Source: a virus
Lineage: Duplodnaviria > Heunggongvirae > Uroviricota > Caudoviricetes
DNA: 41,402 nt
Virus record (IMG/VR): IMGVR_UViG_3300036982_001423
Strand: one strand, 5' to 3'
Shown here: positions 34,410 through 41,402 of the stretch, in pieces
Layout: the number at the start of each line of letters is the position of its first letter
How positions within the stretch are numbered: the first letter of the stretch is position 1
The notes under the pieces: model-generated
Database searches by the model: none
What the model saw: only the letters and a program-made list of their open reading frames with translations
Told to the model about the DNA's origin: nothing
Translations under genes and position numbers: made by a program

Positions 34410-36815
34410 ATGTTAAAGCGCAAACTAACACGTAATCGAATAATATCTAAACGTGCACGGAATATTGGAAACTACGATGAAATTACAGTTCCCGCACCCA
34501 CTCTTTCATTAGGTGAATACAGTTACGGATTATTGAAAGCCCATGATGACTATAATACAGAACTCCAGAAAGCAATTGATACTACTCAATCAAAAATAGA
34601 TGAAATAAAAACAGTTTTAACCAAAAGCGATCAGGAAGTATTGGCTTACTATGGAGGTAACAAATACCCGGCGGATACATATTGGGTTACGCACACAAAT
34701 CCAAAAACACCTTATACGGGCGGAGGATATGGAACACTAACTCCGGAAATAGCTAGATGGCAACTCCAAAACTCGATAGATGGCAAGAGTGAGCGTGTAG
34801 GGGGATTAACTCTTACAGAACAGATTGCAAACTACAAAGAGATCCAAGAAGATAACACATTAAGTCGGGCGTACGTCCAGAAACAGGTCAATGATGTAAT
34901 GGACGGTAAACCGCCTACATATAGTAATACACCGAGCGCTTACGAAGCCCATTTAATTGCAGAAGGTGGAAATGAAGAGATAATCAAACAACTGGTCAAT
35001 GATCGTACAAAACCCGGCACCACGCCCGGAACCACTCCCCCAACTCCCGGAACGAGTACAGCCACTAAAACAGAAACCGAAGCCGCAATAGCGGCTTTAA
35101 AAGCCAACCCTACTGCAAGAAAAGCGTTACTAGCCGATCCGACAATAGCGAAAATAATGGCAGATCCTACAGCACGAGTAGCGTTCTTATCAGACCCGAC
35201 AGTAGTTAAAACGTTAAGCAACCCAAAAGCCTTAAAGTATATCGCAGAGAACCCGGATGAAATTGGCACATGGATATCTAAACTAGTGGGTGGCAGTTCA
35301 ACCCCCGCAACACCCGGAGGAAATACAGCAGCAACGGCAAAAGCCGCCAAACAAACTGCATATACAGCATTAGCAACCGGGTTAGCAACTGCATTACCGT
35401 TAATGGCGAAGAATGACGACGCTGCCAGAACTGCATCAGTAACAGCGTTCAGCACACTTACCCAATCTGTAGTAGATATGGTAGGTGCAATAGCAAAAGC
35501 AAACGCAGACGCAGCGTATAAATTACACCCATATCCGGATAATTACGTATTAGTTGAGATAGGGGATACAGGGTGGGGAAAATGGCAAGCGCCGAACTCT
35601 ATAGGGTATGTAGACTCTCCTTTAGTCCCGATGACGGATAAGAAACCGCCAAAAGCAACGGCAATGTCATTAAGTGACTTCAAAGCCAGACCGGAAGTAA
35701 TGGCAGTATTATCTACATCCGCAGTAAGGACTGCACTGGCAGACCCGACAATTAAAATCATACTAGGCAACCCGACAGCAAGAAAAGCTCTATTCGATAA
35801 AATCAATCAGGCTGTCTTAAACCCGGAAGCCATGAATGTTGCATTAAGCAATCCAAAAACAATGCCCGCTTTGATAACAAAAATCGCAAAGAATTTACCG
35901 AAAACCACGTTCCAAGATTTCATGCAACGTCCGGAAATGAAAGCAATGATGGCAACAACTGCTGTCCAGTCAGCATTAAAGAACCCGGATGTTCAGGCAG
36001 CATTAAAGAACCCGAAACTACGTGCAGCTCTATCAGACCCTAAAGTACAGGCAGCGTTAAGTAACCCGAATACGTTAATGACCGCACTATCAAACCCGAA
36101 AACTATCCCATCATTGATCAATAAACTACAAGGGGGTAGTTCATCGAATATCAAAGGATTAACGGCGAAATATCCGGAACTATCGGCAACGATCAGGGCA
36201 AACCCGAAAGCAATGGCAGCGTTCCAGAACCCGCAGGTGCAATCAGCGTTAAGTAACCCTGCAACAAGAGCGGCTATTAGGGAGAACCCACAATTCCAAG
36301 CGGCAATGAAAAATCCGGACGCTATTAAGAATTTCATGTCAGATCCAAAGAAAGTCCAAGCAGCATTAGCGAAAATCAAAACTATAACCCCTCCAGAAAG
36401 CAAATCTCCGACTGGGTATAAAGGGTTCATATCACAATATCCGGGATTACAAGACGCTATCAGGTCAAACCCACGGGCAATGACAGCGTTCCAGAATGAT
36501 AAAGTAAGAGCAGCGATGTCAAGCACAAAAGCACAAAATATTTTACAAAGTTCCAGAGCAAAAGCGTTTTTATCAGACCCGCAGAAAGTAAAGGCGGCAC
36601 TTAACAATCCGCAACAGATTAGGAATATGTTAGAGAAAATAGGCGTCTCATATGGGGGATCGGGGCGATCATTAGGTAACTACGGCACTATAAAACCGAA
36701 ACGCACAAGAAAACACACTGAACTGGGTGAAGTATACGACTTGTGGGGAACAGCACCGAAACGTAAACCGTTAAAAAAGAAACAGCCTAAGAAAAACACA
36801 TTCTGTGGGATTTAA
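34410..36815 (+). CDS. 801-aa protein with basic termini and five STI1/DP-like helical repeat blocks; probable virion/core protein
   Basis: Repeated (A/F)(L/M)x(N/D)P units, Lys/Arg-rich ends, and IGNY, LGEY and LGNY motifs. Confidence 0.85.
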   Translation: MLKRKLTRNRIISKRARNIGNYDEITVPAPTLSLGEYSYGLLKAHDDYNTELQKAIDTTQSKIDEIKTVLTKSDQEVLAYYGGNKYPADTYWVTHTNPKTPYTGGGYGTLTPEIARWQLQNSIDGKSERVGGLTLTEQIANYKEIQEDNTLSRAYVQKQVNDVMDGKPPTYSNTPSAYEAHLIAEGGNEEIIKQLVNDRTKPGTTPGTTPPTPGTSTATKTETEAAIAALKANPTARKALLADPTIAKIMADPTARVAFLSDPTVVKTLSNPKALKYIAENPDEIGTWISKLVGGSSTPATPGGNTAATAKAAKQTAYTALATGLATALPLMAKNDDAARTASVTAFSTLTQSVVDMVGAIAKANADAAYKLHPYPDNYVLVEIGDTGWGKWQAPNSIGYVDSPLVPMTDKKPPKATAMSLSDFKARPEVMAVLSTSAVRTALADPTIKIILGNPTARKALFDKINQAVLNPEAMNVALSNPKTMPALITKIAKNLPKTTFQDFMQRPEMKAMMATTAVQSALKNPDVQAALKNPKLRAALSDPKVQAALSNPNTLMTALSNPKTIPSLINKLQGGSSSNIKGLTAKYPELSATIRANPKAMAAFQNPQVQSALSNPATRAAIRENPQFQAAMKNPDAIKNFMSDPKKVQAALAKIKTITPPESKSPTGYKGFISQYPGLQDAIRSNPRAMTAFQNDKVRAAMSSTKAQNILQSSRAKAFLSDPQKVKAALNNPQQIRNMLEKIGVSYGGSGRSLGNYGTIKPKRTRKHTELGEVYDLWGTAPKRKPLKKKQPKKNTFCGI

Positions 36816-36828
36816 GGAGTTTATAGTT

Positions 36829-37434
36829 ATGGTAACAAAAACTAAAACTAAATGTAAACGCAAGAAAGTCCCGAAACGGGTCGGGAATTACACCGTAGGG
36901 GATTTCGAGAACCAACCGGGAACTGTATTTGATATGGTCAACATATCAGGCAGACACGACAAAAAATCGACTCCCTTAAAACCGTATGACGTAACTACGT
37001 TACAGCCGTATAGTCCGAAAGGAATATCATCGACAGGCTTAAAACCGTATACTATTCCCACACCATATACAAAACGAAAAAATATTGGTGAATACAGTAA
37101 AAAGAAACGCAATGCGAAACGGATCGGCAATTTCTTTAATATGCCCCGCCCGAACCCATATGATGTATCTAAAATAAAACCGTATGTTGCCCCGAAACCT
37201 ATCGGGACTTATGGAACTACTAAAGTTATTGACCAAGACGACGTACCGGGCGACTATAGATCTCTTGGCATCCACAACACATTCCCGGAAGCGGTCAAAC
37301 ATTACGAAGCGTGGAATAAAGTTAAACCGCAATTACACTATATAATCAGTGTGAACACACTTAACGGTTCCACTTACTATTCAGTATGGACAAAAACCCC
37401 GAAAAACGCAAAGAAAAAGGGTAGAGTGCAATGA
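36829..37434 (+). CDS. Basic protein with five [IV]G[NDET][YF] motifs and C-terminal small alpha/beta domain
   Basis: GGAG RBS before MVTK. Translation. Confidence 0.8.
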   Translation: MVTKTKTKCKRKKVPKRVGNYTVGDFENQPGTVFDMVNISGRHDKKSTPLKPYDVTTLQPYSPKGISSTGLKPYTIPTPYTKRKNIGEYSKKKRNAKRIGNFFNMPRPNPYDVSKIKPYVAPKPIGTYGTTKVIDQDDVPGDYRSLGIHNTFPEAVKHYEAWNKVKPQLHYIISVNTLNGSTYYSVWTKTPKNAKKKGRVQ

Positions 37435-37616
37435 ACAATCCGAAAATGGGTATTACAGCGATCATTAAAGGCAAGAAATATGATCTGGTGTATAAAGACA
37501 CGAACAAAGTCAAATTCGATAAAATGATGCATTCATTTTCCGTAAAAGGATTTGATGTCGAAGCCATTAACCCTGCGAATAAAGGGTTCTGGTATTTGTA
37601 TGCAAGGGAGAGGTAA
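37431..37616 (+). CDS. Small basic alpha/beta protein
   Basis: ORF track. KKYDLVY...KGFDV...WYLYAR pattern. Confidence 0.65.
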   Translation: MNNPKMGITAIIKGKKYDLVYKDTNKVKFDKMMHSFSVKGFDVEAINPANKGFWYLYARER

Positions 37617-37621
37617 CTGAA

Positions 37622-38287
37622 ATGCTGAACATAAACCGCATCGTCAAACAATCTCGTGCTAACGGTCATGGGGTCAGGTATACTATATGGATGCAAGGCT
37701 GTGATCGTAGATGTCCGGGCTGTTTCAACCCGGAAACTCAGCCGCATACAAAAGCGCATCAAATGGACGTTCGTTCGTTAATAAACGACGTAATGAACAC
37801 TCCCGGAATTACAGGGATCACTCTATCGGGAGGAGAACCATTACTGCAAGCTAAAGAACTAGCCGTACTAGCAAAAGCCGTACAGGCTGCGGGATTAACC
37901 GTAATGATATTCACGGGTTTCTCAAAACCCCCGAACAATCCGGATGTCCATAACCTGTTGAAGTATACGGATATGGTAATTGCAGGGGAATATGATCGCA
38001 CAAAACCCGGCAAGATCCCGTTGATCGGCTCATCCAATCAGCGAGTAATGAACTTAACAAAACGATTACCGAACCCCCTTACAGACAAAACAATTCCGAG
38101 AGTAGAGATTATACAAAACGGCACAGAACTTAGTTTATCTGGGTTTCCGACACCGGAAGAAGTCAAAGAGTTTAAAGAAACGTTCGGGTCGAAATCTGTA
38201 GGTGATTACGGAAGGAAATTAATGAAAGCCAGACCTAAACCAAAAGTGAAACAACCTACCAGTAGAAAGAGGCAGATTTTATGGTAA
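37622..38287 (+). CDS. nrdG: NrdG-like radical SAM activase with basic C-terminal extension
   Basis: NGHGVRYTIWMQGCDRRCPGCFNP (CxxxCxxC), GITLSGGEP, DMVIAGEY and GSSNQRV. Confidence 0.85.
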   Translation: MLNINRIVKQSRANGHGVRYTIWMQGCDRRCPGCFNPETQPHTKAHQMDVRSLINDVMNTPGITGITLSGGEPLLQAKELAVLAKAVQAAGLTVMIFTGFSKPPNNPDVHNLLKYTDMVIAGEYDRTKPGKIPLIGSSNQRVMNLTKRLPNPLTDKTIPRVEIIQNGTELSLSGFPTPEEVKEFKETFGSKSVGDYGRKLMKARPKPKVKQPTSRKRQILW

Positions 38288-38667
38288 CAAAACTCAAAAA
38301 GAAAACAAGTTGCGGGTGTAAGAACCCCGCCCGCACTGTAGGCAAATACAGCGAAAAACTATCACAACCTCGGTCTATTGAAACACATGGGATCTATTAC
38401 AACAAACTCACCGAGAAGAAAGCTCGTGATAAATTAAATGTAAAATTAAATCATATCTGTGAACGTTACTACGCGAACAGCATCCCGTGGGGTTTGATAA
38501 TGGATGCAGCGATTAGTGAAGGGTTTGATGGCGCAATGCTGACAAACATTGATGATAACCGTCCGGGTAAAGTCCATGTGAACATCGGGGGTAATACATG
38601 GCTTACCGTAATGTGGTATATCATGCCCGTAAGTAAGAAATTCGAAATAACTGCATATGCATCGTGA
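38281..38667 (+). CDS. Protein with basic MVTK leader ending VGKY
   Basis: ORF track. Confidence 0.75.
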   Translation: MVTKLKKKTSCGCKNPARTVGKYSEKLSQPRSIETHGIYYNKLTEKKARDKLNVKLNHICERYYANSIPWGLIMDAAISEGFDGAMLTNIDDNRPGKVHVNIGGNTWLTVMWYIMPVSKKFEITAYAS

Positions 38668-38683
38668 AAAAGGAGTAATTGAA

Positions 38684-38893
38684 ATGGTAACAAAACGCAA
38701 GACAACTACGAAAAAGAAATCAAGTGCAAAGCCGAAGACTAAAATTGTATACCGCACACGCACAGTATACAAAGAAGCCAAATCGCCGGTAAACAATATT
38801 GCGAAAGACACATCAGCGATGATTGGCGGTGTCTTAATTCCCGCAGTAATCGGTATTGGTGTTGCAGGTGCGATTGGGAAAGCATTACAGTAA
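38684..38893 (+). CDS. Basic N-terminus plus Gly-rich C-terminal TM helix micro-protein
   Basis: MVTKRKTTTKKK...MIGGVLIPAVIGIGVAGAIGK. Confidence 0.75.
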   Translation: MVTKRKTTTKKKSSAKPKTKIVYRTRTVYKEAKSPVNNIAKDTSAMIGGVLIPAVIGIGVAGAIGKALQ

Positions 38894-38904
38894 GTGGGGT
38901 TCAA

Positions 38905-39078
38905 ATGACCTCACTAGAACCCTATTATTGCAATGATTGTGAACACATGGTAAAACATCGGTTATTATCAGCAGGAGCGCACCATGCGTGTCCGAAATGT
39001 GGCGGGTTAATGTCTACGCTCAAGGACATTAAACCACGAGCGACAAAACAAATGAAATTAGATTGGTGTGAAGCATGA
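38905..39078 (+). CDS. Zn-ribbon micro-protein (CNDC...CPKCG)
   Basis: Manual translation, 57 aa. Confidence 0.55.
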   Translation: MTSLEPYYCNDCEHMVKHRLLSAGAHHACPKCGGLMSTLKDIKPRATKQMKLDWCEA

Positions 39079-39332
39079 CCGCAAAAAAAGAATTAGCCTT
39101 CCCGGCAAACATGTTTGCAACCCATAAAAAAGGGTCAATGCACAGGATGTTGAATGTACCGAAAGGAGAAAAATTACCGAGAACGTTCATGCAGGAAATT
39201 GTAGACACCCCGCTTGGCGGCACAGCCCATAACCCTACACAGATTGGCAAACCGGAAATCACTGTCACGCGTCTGGTTAAATCACGGGCGAACGGTCTTT
39301 TGAACGCAGTAAGATTACGCAAGAAAAGGTAA
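39075..39332 (+). CDS. Small basic viral protein (KKGSMHRMLNVPKGEKLP)
   Basis: Resembles the widespread uncharacterised viral motif K(K/P)GALHxxLxVPxGxKIP...RA. Confidence 0.65.
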   Translation: MTAKKELAFPANMFATHKKGSMHRMLNVPKGEKLPRTFMQEIVDTPLGGTAHNPTQIGKPEITVTRLVKSRANGLLNAVRLRKKR

Positions 39333-39338
39333 CTGTAT

Positions 39339-39779
39339 ATGCACACATCAAAACGATTACGAACAAAACCCCGTTCAATGGTAGGTCATCCACATAAGTT
39401 CTCAGACGGTTTCTATTACTGTAAAGGCATATATGGCAGTAATAAAGACACAGCGTTACAGATGGCAGATGAGATCACGAAACGGTATGGTATAACTACA
39501 AGAGTAACCGAGAAGATGCGGAAGGTAGATGGCGAACACGGGACGGTAAAACGTGCACATTATCTAATCTGGGAAAAATCTCCGATGCCGATAGGCAACT
39601 TCGGAGTAGATAATGCGGAAAAAGCGAAAGAGCGAGAATTAGTGAAACTAGAGAAAGTAAAACAAGAGAAGAAACGTGCAGCCGAAGAAGCGAAAGCCGA
39701 AGCACTACGTAAGAAATTACGAGCACAAGGACAACACACGTTATCAGACGCAGGTGTAAAAACGCTCAAACACTGGTAA
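39339..39779 (+). CDS. Basic protein: alpha/beta domain, IGNF motif, charged helical tail
   Basis: ORF track. Confidence 0.75.
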   Translation: MHTSKRLRTKPRSMVGHPHKFSDGFYYCKGIYGSNKDTALQMADEITKRYGITTRVTEKMRKVDGEHGTVKRAHYLIWEKSPMPIGNFGVDNAEKAKERELVKLEKVKQEKKRAAEEAKAEALRKKLRAQGQHTLSDAGVKTLKHW

Positions 39780-39781
39780 GT

Positions 39782-39812
39782 TATATATACTTCAGATGCC
39801 TTACTACTATTA
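39782..39812 (+). promoter_or_regulatory. Putative late promoter 2: TATATATA + 11 nt + TTACTACTATTA
   Basis: Same spacing as at 34363 and 40585. Confidence 0.65.
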
Positions 39813-39828
39813 TTCAAATCAAACCTAG

Positions 39829-40566
39829 GTGAATGAAAACATGGTAAGAACAAATCTAAACACGTTCCTGAACGGAGTCACTCTGAATGCAGACGGTACA
39901 TCTACGCTCACGAAAACTTCACAAGGGATATATAAAAACTGGGAAAAGACCTCTCCGCAAAACTATCGGAAAGCCACAAATCCCCAAGGATTGCTAAACG
40001 GACAAAACATTGTAAGAACCAACACAGACGGTTCTGTAGTTCTTAACAAAAGAACAACTACGCAAGCCAAAACCTATATTGCGAAAGTATATCCGACTTC
40101 AAAGGATCGGGATATCCTACGCATGTCATTAGCAGGTGGCGGTGGCGGTTTAGATACAGGATCTTACGGAAAGAAAAAGAAAGCATGTAAGAAGAAACCG
40201 AAAAGTGTAGGTAAAATCACAGAAGGTTTTGGTAAAAATGCAACCAAAGCAAAAGTCTGTGATGGCACAAACGCAGTATGCACCCCCAACTTTAGAGGGG
40301 GTAACTGGGGCACACAGGGTAATCGGTATAATGCAGGGTTTGAATACAAAGGCAGATTAGGGGATGGTACTGCTGTTAAAAACCCGGACGTAATCACAAT
40401 CCACAAGACGCATACCACAATCCCGGAGAAGTATAAACCGAAGAAAACAGGTAGTTATGGTGGCGGCACTCGTCCAGTCACTCCAAAAAAATGTAAAATT
40501 GATATTGTATGCACCCCCGCAAAAAATGGGATGCTAGGTTGCAAACGAATTATCGTTTGTAAATAA
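39829..40566 (+). CDS. Basic protein with two TGSYG motifs
   Basis: ORF track. Lys-rich C-half with Cys. Confidence 0.75.
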   Translation: MNENMVRTNLNTFLNGVTLNADGTSTLTKTSQGIYKNWEKTSPQNYRKATNPQGLLNGQNIVRTNTDGSVVLNKRTTTQAKTYIAKVYPTSKDRDILRMSLAGGGGGLDTGSYGKKKKACKKKPKSVGKITEGFGKNATKAKVCDGTNAVCTPNFRGGNWGTQGNRYNAGFEYKGRLGDGTAVKNPDVITIHKTHTTIPEKYKPKKTGSYGGGTRPVTPKKCKIDIVCTPAKNGMLGCKRIIVCK

Positions 40567-40584
40567 CTTCTTTTTTTCCAACAT

Positions 40585-40615
40585 TTTAAATAGATAAAGC
40601 ATCTTATTACTATTA
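40585..40615 (+). promoter_or_regulatory. Putative late promoter 3: TTTAAATA + 11 nt + TTATTACTATTA
   Basis: Canonical archaeal TATA with the same spacing. Preceded by a T-tract (40568..40577) resembling an archaeal terminator. Confidence 0.65.
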
Positions 40616-40632
40616 CCGATAACAGGGGTATT

Positions 40633-40809
40633 ATGATGCAGGTAGACTTTAGTAAACGCAAGCGGGAAGGCGATGTGAAGTTCAAGTTGTATGGCGTGAT
40701 GAGCTGTACGAAATGTGCGGAAGGTTGGAAACACAAACTTATGCGGAAAGGCAAAAAAGTCAGATTACACAAAGTAGAGCACGGCAGAGTGGAAGTCTGG
40801 TCATCGTGA
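40633..40809 (+). CDS. 58-aa basic alpha/beta micro-protein
   Basis: Manual translation: MMQVDFSKRK...VEVWSS. Lies directly downstream of promoter 3. Confidence 0.6.
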   Translation: MMQVDFSKRKREGDVKFKLYGVMSCTKCAEGWKHKLMRKGKKVRLHKVEHGRVEVWSS

Positions 40810-41402
40810 ACCAACCAAAACCGTTCAATCCACAATGGTATCGTAATTTACAGACGTTTATAGTAGAACGCGGTCTTGACCCGGAAACTACAGATTTACG
40901 AGCATATATAGATCCCAGTTTAAAAACATATGGCGAAATTAAAAGAGACGTAGCCCGAAAATTAGATATGCAGTATGAATCAGGTGGGCGGGGTATTCAG
41001 GGTTACAAATATAATTCACAAGAATCAGCAGTTGCAGCCCCAAAACAATTCCGGCAGAACATGGAACGGGAAGAATGCGATAGAATTGCAGAAAGTTGTG
41101 AAACCTATTGTAACAACGCAGCGTGTAGAACGTTTAAGAAATCCTGCGAAGGGGATATTACACCATGCCCCCAGAAAGAACGACGGGCTGAACTCAAATA
41201 TCGCAAATCCAGTGTTGCAGCTAAGGGAGCAGCCATAGGAGATTGCACAGTAAGGTCATACTGCGTCGCTCCGCACACCAGACCTCCGCAGCACAATAGC
41301 AAGACGGGCAATCCAATAGTAGTCAAAGGCTATTGCGTAAACCCACACCCCCGATTATGTAGGCGTAAAGCATTTGAATCTAATGAAATGTATGGGAGAT
41401 AA
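40806..41402 (+). CDS. Cys-rich basic hypothetical protein
   Basis: GTGA overlap start, in frame with track ORF 40713..41402. Confidence 0.7.
   Translation: MNQPKPFNPQWYRNLQTFIVERGLDPETTDLRAYIDPSLKTYGEIKRDVARKLDMQYESGGRGIQGYKYNSQESAVAAPKQFRQNMEREECDRIAESCETYCNNAACRTFKKSCEGDITPCPQKERRAELKYRKSSVAAKGAAIGDCTVRSYCVAPHTRPPQHNSKTGNPIVVKGYCVNPHPRLCRRKAFESNEMYGR

Noticed and set aside
24070-36607. Long minus-strand ORFs (24070..24726, 34940..35455, 35993..36607, also 2535..2867)
   Set aside because: Antisense shadows of low-complexity + strand genes, with no RBS or recognisable motifs.
1-41402. CRISPR or mini-CRISPR array
   Set aside because: No regularly spaced 25-40 bp repeats with unique spacers were seen. 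The repeats found are dispersed and coding.
1-41402. Borg-type element
   Set aside because: Strand bias fits, but I saw no perfect tandem nucleotide repeats, and the surface protein points to Methanomicrobiales rather than Methanoperedens.

Overview
Gene-dense, AT-rich segment that reads as part of a large virus or virus-like element of a methanogenic archaeon, probably Methanomicrobiales. Supporting signs are GGTGA/GGAGG ribosome-binding sites, ATGA stop-start overlaps, TATA-box promoters, a CCA-less tRNA-Gly with the archaeal A73 discriminator, and a DUF3821-like S-layer-type protein with a sortase-like C-terminal signal. I recognised no capsid, terminase, polymerase or integrase gene, so the viral assignment is an inference. 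Three zones are visible. (1) 1-29.3 kb: a + strand run of more than 80 small ORFs, with paralogous modules and short repeats, Cys/Zn-finger micro-proteins, small membrane proteins, a MazG-like protein, three orphan DNA methyltransferases and a surface glycoprotein. (2) 29.3-34.3 kb: an accessory hinge with a tnpB-only IS200/IS605 element, an atypical tRNA-like RNA beside tRNA-Gly(TCC), a vWA protein, a YdjM-like hydrolase, a DUF1064 nuclease and a stand-alone NrdD-type glycyl-radical domain. (3) 34.4-41.4 kb: a probable late/virion cluster. Its proteins carry Lys/Arg-rich terminal tags bounded by a recurrent [ILVT]-G-[NDESTK]-[YF] motif, three of its genes share a TATA + 11 nt + TTAYTACTATTA promoter layout, and it includes an NrdG-like radical SAM enzyme carrying the same tag and an 801-aa protein of STI1-like repeats. 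This tag/motif system is the best candidate for an undescribed system. All counts come from manual reading and need computational confirmation.
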